From: Perna viridis
Taxonomy: Eukaryota
Length of the DNA: 64,000 bases
Direction of reading: 5' to 3'
Assembly (NCBI GenBank): GCA_037379345.1
Contig: CM074513.1
Span: 60,677,195 to 60,741,194, forward strand
The first letter of the stretch is position 1. Every line of letters begins with the position of its first letter. The position numbers and the translations under genes were made by a program. This document shows positions 36,601-51,800 of this stretch, in pieces. The notes beneath the pieces are model-generated. The model worked only from the letters and a program-made list of their open reading frames with translations. It was not told where the DNA came from and did not search any database.

Positions 36601-39600
36601 AATCTAACTTTTCTTCTGCTTGCTGTTTTATGGTCTGTAACTTTTCATCAGATTTCTTCAATTTTTGTTGATAATCTTCAATACATTTTTTAAGCACCTC
36701 TTCATTCTGTGAGTAAAACATATTTATACTATAACAAATGCCCTCATTATATGAGAACAAACTTTGTAAAAACTAGAAATATCAGTACTTATAGCACTAG
36801 ATTAAGTGAATACAGTTTTATGTACCATCTGTTAATGGTCATTCAGCTAATACTTTTTACAATAATGCCTTCAAAGATTGGCATAGTCTTCCTGGAGATA
36901 TCAAGAAAATCAAAAGGTCAATTGCATATAAATCTAAATTAAAAGAATTTCTTTTCAATAAACAAAATGGATTAGACACAAGTAAAATAAAATACTCTCA
37001 TGCAATAACTAGACATTGCCCCTAATGGGAATAATACCCCCTGCAGCCTGTTGAATCCTGTACATTTGAAAACCAATAAGGACATATGATTCACATTGGA
37101 CACAACGTTTATGAGGAATAAACTAAGCCCTTTTGACACACAATTTTGCTGCCATTCTACAACACCCAACTCCAAACCATAATCAGTACTATTTTTTTCA
37201 ATAACAATACAGAATAAGACTGCAAATTTACTTCAAACATAAATTCCTGACAAAATATACATCCCAAAATGGTAATTTAACACCCCATTAAGTTCCATAA
37301 CAATCTTGCAAGTGGTTGAGGAGGAGTTGTGGACACAACACAAGAGACCAAGTTTTTTCTAAAAAATGCAAAAGTCCATCAGCTGTCAATTCTACTATTT
37401 TTGCCCAAACATAAATTCCTGATGACATACACATCCCAATATGGTAAATGAACACCCCATTAAGTGTTTTGTATCAATCCTGCAAGTGGTTGAGGAGGAG
37501 TTGCAGACGCAACACATGAGACCAAGTTTTGCTGAAAAATGCATAAGTCCACCAGCCGTCAATTCTACAAACGTGCACATCCCCATACACTAATCTAACA
37601 CTCCAATGAGTTTCATTGAAATCCTTTAAGTTGTTGAGGAGAAGTTACAGACAACACATGGTGAAAAACACTTAAGTTCAACAGCTGTCATTTCTACAAT
37701 TTTTGTCCAAACATAAATTTCTGACAGTATGCGCATCTCCATATGTTATATTACATCCTACAAAGTAAATAACAATGCTGCAAGCTGCTAAGAAAATAGT
37801 CTGGACAGACAGACAGACAGGGTGAATCCTCTATACCCCCCAAACTTCCTTTGAGGGGGTATAATATTAATTACAATAAAATAAATATATGTTCTATATC
37901 AACTTTGGGTCAAAACTTCTTCCCGACAGTCTTATAAATGTCTGTATACTTTACAACTGCTGTATGTTTGTGTGTGTGTGTGTGTCTATCTATCTATCTA
38001 TCTATGATGAATGATACATGAACACATTGTGAAATCATTTGTGATACAAAATACTGTGATGTAGATCATAATTTTTTTGGGGTTATAAGGTCATAGATTG
38101 AAAGCATAACAATAGTTTACATTCTGAAGAACGCCAATTTAATTTGTTGTGAACATTCAAGAAATCACTACAAATTTAATGTCAATATTTGTTGTTGACA
38201 ATTTGAAAGCCAACAATATACAAGTCAAAAAATAATAGAGCAGTCTTACCTTTTTGAAGCCTTCTACAACACCTTTTGTTTTTTCATATCGTCTGTGTAA
38301 ATCTGAGAATGCCATTTCTACACCTTGAAGATCATCTAAAGCCTGAAAATAAAAATAAAATATTCTATTATTGTGTTGCCTAAATCTATCAACAAATACA
38401 AAATACAAAAACTACATAACTACTCTGAAAAGACTATAATTCATGGGTACCAATTTTCATGGTTTTGGGAAAAAATATCAGTTTGAAGATTCTTGAATTT
38501 GTGGATCCAACTTCTCTATCATACAATAAAAGAAAAATTTCTTTTCTGTTGGGAACAAAATTTTGTGGTTTACCAAAGACACAAAAACACAAATACTGGT
38601 ACCCAACCAAACAATAAAACACAAATACTGGTACCCAACGAACAATGAAACACAAATACTGGTACCCAATGAATCAATAAAATACCAATACTGGTACCCA
38701 ACAAAACAATAAAACTTTCACAATATAACTTATACCTGCTGTATGAACTTGTAAACATCTTGGTTCCCTTGATTACTCATTGCACAAAATTTGAAATTCA
38801 ATTAAAGGTGAAAGAACTTCTGCTTCAAGGGTGCTTCTTAAAGACCTTAGCCTTTGATCCCTATAACTAAAAAAAGGTGTTATTTTGGGCATGGCCCCCT
38901 TTGGCCCTAATATCTCAAACACCAATAGAGATATCTGAATTAGCAAGCAGGCATTTTCATAAGGAATCCAATACAATAACAAAAATTTCAAATTAGACAA
39001 AAATAATAAAGTTGATTTTTTGTCCCTCAACTCAAAAACTGAAAGAGATATCTAAATCCTTAATGCAAAAAATGTAAGAGATATCTAAATCCTTAACTCA
39101 AAAACTGTAAGGGATATCTAAATCCTTAACTCAAAAAATGTAAGAGATATCTAAATCCTTAACTCAAAAGCTGTAAGGGATATCTAAATCTAAATCCTTA
39201 ACTCGAAAAATGTAAGAGATATCTAAATTGGATTGAAATTGAAAGGATGTGATTTTATGAGGAATCCAATAAATCAGACACCAAGTGATGGTTCACATGG
39301 ACCCTTTGGTAAGCTAACAAGGACTATAATCTATCATAATTACTCATGTATTCTATGTTACAAAAATTGAGATGAATTTATAGATGTGTTTAGATGTACC
39401 ATTGCCACACAAAAGCTAGTTGATAGTTTACTTAATAAACAATACATTTTTTATAGAAAGAGAAGTTTAAGTGGATAGGAAAATGATTACAGCAATTTCT
39501 TTTTTGAGATTGAAATCCTGTTAGCTCTGCTTTCAGGGAAAATTAAATGAACAGTTACTGAACACAATTAAACCTCTGATAGAATACATCACATACATAG

Positions 39601-42600
39601 ATTTCTAAGTATTTCAGAGATGATTTCGAGTGACTCTGCAAACAAAGACAAAATAGTTTTTGAAAACAAATACAAGGACACTCCCACCTGATCTCTCTCT
39701 TTTATTATATCCTCCATGTTACTTTGAGATTCATTCGTTGTCTTCTCTGTTTCAGCTGAAATTTAAACAATGGGTTTTATTACAGATGAAAATCTTTAAT
39801 GAATTTAATATAATTATTAGAGAAATCAGAAAACAATAAATCAGACAGGTCATATAAACCTACTATTTCAACCATTATTAGTAGCATGACTGAAGCTTCA
39901 TAAATAATTCATTTATTTTATTTTACATGTCAGTCCCTCATTTTCATTAACACAAAATAATATAATTATTTTTCTTTTGTTTGTTTGTATAAATGTTTGA
40001 TATGGAGAAGCCTGCATCCTTTCATTCTGTTTGAACAAATTACAATCTAAACTACCCATAAAGCAGTACTGAACTGAAGACAGAAATCAGGAGGCAACCA
40101 ATAAGAGGGATCAGATAGTTAACATAGGGATGCTGAAGCTTTTCTATCCAATATGTGTATATAGAAAAAAAGACATGTGAAACTTCTCTTTACTGAACTT
40201 ATACAGACACTCATAATTTGGTTTCTTGTCAAATACTTGTAGCCATTTAAATTCTTCAATTACTTATTTCAGTTGTGATCATGTTTGCTCTTTTGGATCA
40301 GTAAAAGGGACATAGATCACTCCTATACTTATCTCTGTGGGCAGGCAATAAGTTAATGGATCATTTCCATACTTGTCTCCAAGAAGATGCAATAAAAAGA
40401 TAAGGGAACATTCCCATACTTCTCCCTCGGGACAGACGAAAAAAGATCATAGATAATTTCCAGACTTATTCCTAGGGCTAATAATGAGTCAATAGATCAT
40501 TCCAATACTTCTCCTCCAGGAGAGTAAATAAGGTAATGGATCATTTCAAGACTTATTTCCAGGACAGGTAAAAAGTTAAAGGATCATTCCTGTACTAATT
40601 TGTCCCCAGGACAGGTAATAAGTGAATAGACCATTCCAACACTTGTTCCCAAGACAGTAAATGGGGTAATGGATCATTCATTCCCAAACATTTCCCGAGG
40701 ACAGGCAAAAAGGTTTTTGATCATTCTTGTACTTGTTTCCAGGACAGGTAATGAGTCAATAGATCATTCCAATACTCCTCCAGGACAGTAAATGAGATAA
40801 TGGATCATCTCCATACTTGTTCCCAGAACAGATAATTAGTTAGTGGATCATTTCCAGACTTGTCGCAGTACAGGTAATAAGATAATGGATCATACCCAGA
40901 CTTGTCCCAAGGGCAAAAAAATAAGATAATGGATCATTCCTGTACTTGTGTCTGATGACTAATAATAATAGAATGGATCATAATTGTCTCCCAGGACAGG
41001 TAATAAGAGAATGGATCTTACTTGTCTCCCAGGACAGGTAATAAGAGAATGGATCTTACTTGTCTCCCAGACAGGTAATAAGAGAATGGATCATAATTGT
41101 CTCCCAGGACAGGTAATAAGAGAATGGATCTTACTTGTCTCCCAGACAGGTAATAAGAGAATGGATCTTACTTGTCTCCCAGGACAGGTAATAAGAGAAT
41201 GGATCTTACTTGTCTCCCAGGACAGGTAATAAAAGAATGGATCATACTTGTCTCCAAAGACAGGTACAGTGGAATGCACACATATTTGGATTATCTTGTT
41301 TGTAGGGGTGGATTATTCAGTTTAGTGTAGGGAACAAATGATAAAGTAACTCCATGCTAACACCAAGAGCTGTGCTAACACACTCTTACCATAATACACA
41401 TCACTAGGACTACTACTTTCTATAATGGAAACAAAATGTACAGTCTAACTAGCTTCATCATATCAATATATAATTCTTCATAATTTTATTTCATTACAAG
41501 TTAATTTTCTGTTCACATATAAGTAATTTGCCCTGTGATGCAACAAAAAACTTTCATTTGAAATATTCTGATAATTTAGCATCAAATTATGACTTTAGCA
41601 TTTACGGGTAATCATTTCAATGAAATAAATCATACCTTAGGCATTCTTCATATTAATGCCAGATGTAATATCTATACTTTATGTAACCACTATAAAATCT
41701 TAAAGAGTTTGTTGGCCAGGGTTTTGCCAGACATTATTATGAAAATCTTACTGATCATGTCTAAAAAGGGAAAAGTTGTCAAAACTTGATTAATTTCAAT
41801 GCAGGGGAAAATAAAATTGACATACTGAAAGTAAAAAATTATGTGTAAACAGTTCTCTCACCTTGTAACTGTGCTATAGTCTTCTCAAATTCTGTAACTA
41901 TCATCCTGTATAAGTGATCATATTAATTTATCAATTATAGGCATCACAAGTGATCATACCAATCTGTCATTTATATACATCTCAAGTGGTCATGTCAATC
42001 TGACAGTTATAGAAATCACATGTGGTTATATCAATCTGTCAGTAATAAACGTTACAAGTGGTCATATCAATCTGTCAGTTACAGACATAACAAATGGTCA
42101 TTTCAATCTGTCAGTTATACATTATATAGACATCACAAAAGGCAATGAAAGAATGTACTATTTTAATTAAGGTTATATGGTGTTGGATTTGTCCTGTTTC
42201 AGCATCATATCTGTTCCTTTTCTAATACAATTTATCAGTTGTAAACATCACAAGTGGTCATATCAATCTGTCAGTTATAAACATCACATGTGGTCATATC
42301 AATATGGCAGTTATAAACATTACACATGGTCATATCAGTCTGTCAGTTATAAACATCACATGTGGCTGTATCAATCTGTTAGTTATGAACTTCACAAGTG
42401 GTTAACCAGTCTTTTTTTTTTAAACTTCAGCTTATGAACAGTACATGCTTGTCTATACAATGTACTGTTCATAAAATATTAATGCAAATTTTGCCTAAAT
42501 ACAGGGATTCTTTTCAGAAAATTTAGTTTGTGCAAATCTAATACAGATGAGAGCTAAAAGTTGGTTCAATTTCCTCATTAGTTAGAATTCCCACATACCT

Positions 42601-45600
42601 ATATCCTCCACATGGAATGAAGGATTGGTTTAAGATTGGAAATTTTCATTAATTGAAGACATAAATAAAAACAATTTGGCCACCTTTGACTGTATAATGA
42701 AGGGGTTTCACTTGAAAGATGTTTTCAGATCAAAATTTCCTGGTAAAATGCACAACTACATATTGTATCCAAACTTCATACCAAGTTTTCCTGAAATTCT
42801 GTGCAGTAGTTTGAGAGGAATTGCCCCCTCCCCTTACCAAGAAACAGTTCATTACTTTAAATTTACCTATAGTACTATATTTTATATGTAGTTCTGACAG
42901 ATAACTTACTTCTAAATGATCAATCATCGAGCACTGGCACAGACTGCCGGTAATTAAATCAGGAATGAAGGTTAGAAATGAATCTAATTACTGATCAGAT
43001 ATTTTATGGTCTATAGATACATACTTCATATCATTGTTGGACTGGTGTAACAGTTTATTTTCCTCTCTCATATGAGCTATAGATTTCTCCTTGTCTGCTA
43101 ACTTTTTACCCCACTCTCTCTCTTTGTTAAGCAGTCTGGTCTGGAAATCTAGCTCCAAGTCCTGTTTCATCTTATTCCAATCTGACTGGGAATATTTCAG
43201 CACCTGACGAAACAAATAAAACCAGCCATAGATTAAGGTATAATTTCATATCAAGACTACTCAAAATACACATGGGAGACAAAAATGAAGTGCAAATGGT
43301 AAAATTAGTAATTCACTATTTATAAAACCAATACATTGATCCTCTACAAAACTAAACCTATCAAATTCTTTCTAAAAAAATCTTTCAACAAGTAATATTT
43401 CTCAAAAAAAAGTAATGCTTTCATTCCATGCTGAAAATAATTAAACAAATCAGCTCCAATCAGGACAAACCGGTCACAGCAGCATTATTAGTTACAGCAG
43501 TCATATCATGATTAGAACATAATACACTAGTTTTACCCACCAAAGAACATATACATACAGATAATTTAAAATGAAACAATACAAAGTCAGTTTAAATGTT
43601 AGTTCAATGTGACTTTTATACTTTATTGCATGTGTTTCCAAACTTCTCCATGTGCAACAAAATATCAATCAAAGTATTTTGTACCCATTACATGCTGTGT
43701 TGTTAGTCTCCATGCTATCTATGTACTTTACTTCTCAGTGTTTGATCATGCAGTGTGACTGATAGACTTATGTGGAGATAGAAAGTACTTCAGTGGATAG
43801 ACAGTACAAACTTCATCAAAGAAATCTATTAACCAAGGCTGAGATGATTTCAACAAGAGATGTTCAACAATTTACCTGTATATTCACATTAGGAACATGA
43901 AATTATTTTCTTTACAAATCAAACTTAAACCAGTAATTCTCATCAGGGAAAAATAAATAAGCAAGAGGCTCCAAGGATCCTGAATCACTAACCCGTGAAA
44001 TGTACATTTATATTTATCAATAAAAAATTGAGAAAGCCATTATGGGTCAAAATGAAACAACTGTAGCTTTAATAATAAATTGTTCTGCACATTCTACCAT
44101 GTATCTCTATATAGAATCATTCACATTCTACCATTTATCTCAATAAAGAATCATAAGTTATATGCCAAAAAGTGAAAATTGTTAATTTACTTTAAATGAG
44201 CAATACCTCCTACAAGGAGTCATAGGAAACAGATTTACAAAAGCGTCAAGCTTGTTTCTGAATCCTTTGCTTACATTGTATTTATGTTATTATACTACTG
44301 TTTGAATTTCTAAATAAAATATGTTTACACTAAGGAGTCATAATACAAGATATGATCAGTTTTGCTCTATCATACTTGTTATTTTTCAGTTAATGTACAT
44401 GTACAACCTAAGTTCTGTAGAAAAAAATTGTAGTCTTTATAATACTGTGTTATTTACTGTTGAAGATTTTCAGTAATATTTACTAGTTTTTCACCACTTT
44501 TTCGCAACTGGCAATAACTCCTCCAAATTACTTTATAATTTTAACTAAATAGAAATATTGGAACAGCTTTTAGGATGAATTTAGAGTGTAATTTGAGATT
44601 TTCTTCCTCTCTTCTAATTTAAAAGGTAACACCTAAATACCCAATTTTAGCTGCTATGGCCAATCTGTGCTACTTACTATGAGACATATTTATCGTAAGT
44701 TGCATTGCCCAGTAGCACTATTGATATAAACATTCTAACCAATCTTGTTACAATATTTAAAACTAGTACGAAAAGATATTCTAAATAATACTGTTTCATA
44801 ATCTATAGCATAAAACAAATCATAACTAAATTATGAATTTTGAAGACAGTTAATTTTCTATTTTATTCCTGATCTGAGAAAGAAGAAATAAGTTTTCAGT
44901 GGTTGTAATCAGAACCAGCAACACAAAGTACATACAGGCCTTATTATCATTTTGTTCCCAAACTTTCACTTGTTTTTCATTAATATGAAGCAGTGTTTTC
45001 TACATAAAATCATGTACAAATGGAGTGCTTATAACTGAAATTAGTTCTAAGAACTGAGGCAAATATAAGAATAATATAAGATAAGTGTGTGTATATATAT
45101 ACAATGTCTCAGAATGTGACGACTCTATTCGCTACACTGCTCCATCAGATCAATTGATAAAGGGAAGATATGTAAACGTATAGAAAGGCCTGAAAAATTC
45201 TCAACGATGTTAGAACTGTCAAATTTGCGATGCAAATTTTTGGTCGTTCCCTCCGCGGGACTCGAACTCGTACCGCTGTGACATCTATGGCAACACTGCC
45301 TGCACAAAGTCCAGCACCCTAGACCACTCGACCAGCTAGGCTACATAAAAATATAGCTTTTGCTGGCCGGGTCATTCCTCCTCGTAGGATTAATCTAGGG
45401 CTGTAACTTAGTACACGATGTATGGTAGTACGGGACAGTTCATTTAGATGTTATTGTGTAGGATAGAGGATCAAATTAATGATGCATGTCACAACAAATC
45501 AATATTATACAACGTCTCAAAATGTGACAACTCTATTCGCTACACTGCTCCATCGGATCAAATTGATACAGGGAAGATATGTAAACGTATAGAAAGGCCT

Positions 45601-45852
45601 GAAAAATTCCAAACGATGTTAGTACTGTCAAATTTGTTATGCAAATTTTGGTCGTTCCCTCTGCGGGACTCGAACTCGTACTGCTGTGACATCTATGGCA
45701 ACACTGCCTGCACAAAGTCCAGCACCCTAGACCACTCTGCCAGCTAGGCTATATAAAAATATAGCTTTCGCTGGCCGGATCATATCTTCCCTGTATCAAT
45801 TTGATCCAATGGAGCAGTGTAGCAAATAGAGTTGTCACATTCTGGGACGTTT

Positions 45853-45893
<41 letters not shown>

Positions 45894-48800
45894 CCATCGA
45901 CATGTGTATTAATGGTAAGACAGAACCTATAAAAGTTGCTTGAAGTATCACAGTAACCCTCCAAGGTTCTACTGGTCCCAAGCCCTCAATGCTTGAAGTA
46001 TCATACTAACCCCAAATGTTAAAATTCTACTGGTTACAAAGCCTCACTGCTCGAAGTATCATACTAACTCCCAAGGTTCTACTGGTTCCAAACCCTCACT
46101 GCTTGAAGTATCATACTAACCCCAAATGTTAAAATTCTACTGGGGACAAAGCCTCACTGCTCGAAGTATCATACTAATCCACAAGGTTCTACTGGTTCCA
46201 AACCCTCACTGCTTGAAGTATCACACTAACCCCCCAAGGTTAAAATTCTACTGGTTCCAAAACCACACTGCTTGAAGTATCATACTAACACCCCAAGGGT
46301 AAAATTCTACTGGTTCCAAACCCTCACTGCTTGAAGTATCATACTAACCCCAAATCTTAAAATTCTACTGGTCACAAAGCCTCACTGCTCGAAGTATCAT
46401 ACTAACCCCCAAAGGTTAAAATTCTACTGGTTACAAAGCCTCACTGCTTGAAGTATCATACTAACCCCAAAAGGTTAAAATTCTACTGGTTCCAAACCAT
46501 CACTGCTTGAAGTATCATACTAACCCTCAAAGGTTAAAATTCTACTGGTTCCAAACCCTCACTGCTTGAAGTATCATACAAACCCCCAAGGTTCTACTGG
46601 TTCCAAATCCTCACTGCTTGTAGTATCATACTAACCCACATGGTTCTACTGGTTCCAAATCCTCACTGCTTGAAGTATCACACTAACCCCCCAAGGTTAC
46701 AATTCTACTGGTTCCAAACCCACACTGCTTGAAGTATCATACTAACACCCCACGGTTAAAATTCTACTGGTTCCAAACCCACACTGCTTGAAGTATCATC
46801 TTAACCACCAAAGGTTAAAATTCTAATGGTTCCAAACCCTCACTGCTTGAAGTATCATATTAACCCTCAAAGGTTTAAATTCTACTGGTTCCAAACCCTC
46901 ACTGCTTGAAGTATCATACTAACTCCCAAGGTTCTACTGGTTCCAAACCCTCACTGCTCGAAGTATCATACTAACCCACATGGTTCTACTGGTTCCAAAT
47001 CCTCACTGCTTGAAGTATCACACTAACCCCCCAAGGTTAAAATTCTACTGGTTCCAAACCCACACTGCTTGAAGTATCATACTAACACCCCAAGGGTAAA
47101 ATTCTACTGGTTCCAAACCCTCACTGCTTGAAGTATCATCTTAACCCCTAAAGGTTAAAATTCTACTGGTTCCAAACCCTCACTGCTTGAAGTATCATAC
47201 TAACCCCCCAAAGTTAAAATTCTACTGGTTCCAAACCCACACTGCTTGAAGTATCACACTAACCCCCCCCCCCCTCCCCCCAAGGTTAAAATTCTACTGG
47301 TTCCAAACCCACACTGCTTGAAGTATCATACTAACACCCCAAGGTTAAAATTCTACTGGTTCCAAACCCTCACTGCTTGAAGTATCATCTTAACCCCCAA
47401 AGGTTAAAATTCTACTGGTTCCAAACCCTCACTGCTTGAAGTATCATACTAACCCCCAAAGGTTCTACTGGTTAAAAACCCTCACTGCTTGAAATATCAT
47501 ACTAAGCCCCCCCCCCCCATGGTTAAAATTCTACCGAACCCAGTAAAGAAGGAGAGAAGTTTTGGATTAGCAAAAAATGTATTGCCTCCTTTATACAGCA
47601 ACTGTTACATACTTTTTTTTATGTAGTTGCACACATGTAATATTGGTGTAAATGAATGTTATATTGGTACAATCATGGAGCATGGTTTCTCATTATGGTA
47701 ATATTTGAATTATTCAACAATTAATAATATACAGCTTTAACCATTTTGTCAATTCGTTTTGTTGAATAGAACTGATTTCAAGCAAAAACATATAAGTAAC
47801 ATGTACACTGACACAGCACCATTCTACAGGCTTTTACTAAAATGAAAGCACAGTTCTCTTCATATTCTCTTCAAAGAAGTTACAAAAAAGCATTAAACAG
47901 AGGAAAACAACACCAGGAATTAGAGAATCTATCCTTTTGACATAAAATTATAATTAGACCTGTTATGTACTTTGTAACACCCAAGTTCAACTGCAGCCCA
48001 AATCTTATTGTCACGAAAAAATCATAGCTTGTAGAATCAGTTCAGTGCTAAAAAATTTCAGAAAAATGCAGATGAATTCATTCTATCAAATTTATTATAT
48101 ATACACAAACTTTGGCCATGACTGTGACATGCTTGATGGACCAGGTTTGAACTTAGTACTTATAATTATCTACCTTTACAGGAGTTTAATATTTATCATT
48201 TGCAGGTACAAATGTCATTGTATATAAAACATATTAAAAGTTTGTACGAGCTCTGTGCAGAGGATTATTCTACAAACTATGACTGAGTGACTGAAGGGAA
48301 GGAACAAGTTCTTGGAGATCATGGGATACCACAACCATGTGCAGCAGGGTCGGTGTACATTACCTGACTATTGGCACCATCCTTCAGGAAAATATAACAA
48401 CATCAAACTTATCTTCATTAGAGATAGTATTAATTAAATTATCACATTTGTAGTTATAAAATACAACAAAAAACTTTAATCGTTAAAACTAAAATTAATG
48501 TTTCCTCTTCAAAGTCTTGTCATTTTTGTTAATAGGCAGATATCCATATTACTTCACAGTAAAACTGTAGTTTTGATATATACCATGTGAGACAGCAACT
48601 TGTATAACAATATTACCAAAAGTCTGACTTTGACTGAACAATATCTATATTAAAATATGATGACATACCTGGACAAGCTGTACAATAGAGTCTGTGTTAT
48701 CCATTCTGTCTCTCATTCCATTCTAAAATTAACAAACAGTATAAAGTTATCAACAGACAATGCCTTATTTAGGAATTGGTAATCCAATAACAACATTTAA

Positions 48801-51800
48801 GGAAGCTCATATTTCAAACATAAAATAGTCCTTTAGTAAATTATTGACAATTATCCAGATGTTCATTATTGAGAATCTAGACACCAAGGTTTCAGGGATA
48901 TCAAACAGAAAATCTAAGGACAAACACAATATATCATCATGGTGTGGTATCAAAAAGCCTACCTTCTCAATCAAACACTGAAATTCTGTTTAAGTGATTT
49001 TTCTACAGTAACTTCCTATGTTAAAATTGATTGTATGACTTAATTAAGCTTATGGATAAGTTTTTAGTGAGGTTTAAATATATAAATGACTATTCACTTT
49101 AGTTAAACCTATCCAAAATACAAGTTGGATGATTTCATGTATTAAGGGTCCCATATCTCAACATATATTATTATAATTTTATACTTCATAAAAAATTTGA
49201 AATTTCTATCAAAGAATCAGCATGTATTATTTTGGTCTCTATCTTACTTCCTCCGTCTCCTATACAACAATTGGTTAAAATGATGACCCCCCACAATAAG
49301 ATTAATCCCCCTAGTATATCCCCCTCCTTGGGATATGTCCCTCTGTATCTGTGAAATATCACACACAAGATACTGTTGTCCTGCTTTGCATGGGTAAATG
49401 TATTCAGTAAGGTATACCACAGTTCTGTAGGATAATGTGTTACAACCTCTAGCACATCCCAAAATCATCCTCTTCTTACCTCTCTAAAATTGCCATAATA
49501 CTGACTTCATCTCATCTTCCTGTCTCAAAAGTTGTTATACCTTTCCCAGATCCCATCCCAACTGTCTGTTAGTATACATTGTAGCTCTTTAAAGCTGTCA
49601 TATTAAAAGTGTATCATCATTTGCCATGACCAGACTTACCTAACTTACATAAAACAAGAAGTTTCCCATCCTAACATTACTCACTTTGTTACTTTCTGTT
49701 TCGACCATATAAAACAGGGATTTCTATACTGCCCTACACCTGTTACATCAGGTAATCAATATCTCTCTATATAATTATGTAGATGGATAGATTATGTACC
49801 ACAGCCATAGGGCTCACTATTGAGGTCAGTCATGTGTATTATATAGAACATTATTTCACTTATTTAAAAACAAAAACAACAAGAAATGATTCTCCATATT
49901 TCAGGTTTGGTGGAGTTTTTGGTTTCATATTTTTGTGATAGAAAATAAATATTTGCCACAAAATCCTCCATACAATGGGAAAAGTTGACAATCAAATTAC
50001 TAGGAAGCAGTAAAGTATGTGTTATAGTGTGATAAAACTGGTAAAATCACCAACAAATGCATCTCTCAATCCAACTACACTGCAAAAAATATATAGGTTT
50101 CAAATTCATGCAAAACTTTTTTACTAAAAAAATACAATTTTAAAACTTTGGCAGAAGTAGAAGCTGAAAGCCATTACCAACATCATGCTCATCTAATATA
50201 TACTGAATATAATCTGCCATGCAAAACTATGAGATTAGATTAGAAACAAGTTTTGAGTCATACAAAGATAGTAAGAGCATGCAGTTAGCTAAAGGGAGAC
50301 AACTGTAAAATATAAAAATGATTAAATGTCAATAACTGCTTGCTACATGTATCTAGCAAATGTTGCATCTAAAATATCTCTTAACTATGAAAAAAAAACA
50401 GTTATCAGTAAACAAGCTGTTTCTATAAGACAAAAATAATTATCCTCATTTCCATTTTAACTGTAATCTTAGTAGCTTAACTGAAATGAATATTTACTGA
50501 ATTATTTAAAACAAAAATAAACCTGTATAGACAACACATAAAGAAAGAAAAGAAGACAGCCTTAGTCAAAATTTAAGAAAAACAAGTAGTATACAAGTAG
50601 TGGTATATATATAAATACAATTCAAATGTATGATTGTAGATTTTTAGTAGAATTACTTATCAATTTAAAAAAAAAAAATGTATATATAAATAAAGTAGGT
50701 CCACATCCAAATACTGGGAATAAAAGAAAAAAAATACACCAAATGAATTTAAAACAGACAGTTCAAGCAAATTTTTGATAAATAATAAAAATAAATAGTA
50801 GTTGAATCAGAACTACGTGTTGCAGCAAGCTTAGATTATAGACAGTTTTTACATTTGTTGTCCCACATCCATGCTACGATGAGCCACTACAGATGAGTGG
50901 TACCTTTTTCACCCTGGAGGATTCAGCATGAGATGGAGGATATTCATAAGCATCGTAATACTGGAGATCTTCAACTTCTTCACCATGATGATGCTAATAT
51001 AAAAAAAAACAACTAGCACCTGAACCATAAATGGACACAAAAAACTTGTGTTGTCAATAACCTTCCTTATTTGGAAACTTATAGGATATCTTATAAAATG
51101 CTTCACATGGCACAGCTTGATGTGACAACAGAGAGTTCCGGCAAGAATAGATCCACTATTCAAATTTGATAGAGGTATGATATGAATTTTGGATTGTGAT
51201 TAACCATTTCACACAGTATGAATCTAAGTGGCCCTTTATTAGCCCCATATTTCTAAACATTTCAAGTAACAACCTCCAAAATCAATCCCAGCCTTCCTGT
51301 AGGTGGTTGTCACCTTGTGGTACCTCCAAAATCAATCCCAGCCTTCCTGTAGGTGGTTGTCACCTTGTGGTACCTCCAAAATCAATCCCAGCCTTCCTGT
51401 AGGTGGTTGTCACCTTGTGCTACCACCTAAATACAGTCCCAGCCTCTATTTTGTGGTGTGGCACCTTGTACAACAATTTCCATACAGTTTTCTAGACATC
51501 AATGAAATGTTTGTTTCTAGTCCTCTTTTAGTTCATATACATTTCAATTCACTATGCCAAAAATCAACCCAAGCCTTCCCTTAGTGATATGGCAATTTGT
51601 AATTCTGTTTCATTGAGATCTGTACACTTTTACTCAAGTTATTGTCAAAACTTCAACTGATGAATAAAACAATGACAATGATGACAGACATTATACTATA
51701 ATAGAAAATCTCTTCACTTGGACAGATATTTCATTATTCATTCAGATTTTAGATATGTACCAAAATATTCTTAATCTAATTAAAAGTATTTAAGTTCTGT

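Noticed and set aside
45248-45341. Functional tRNA-Leu gene
   Set aside because: The acceptor and anticodon stems do not pair, the A-B spacing is enlarged, and the sequence is part of a repeated, diverging unit.
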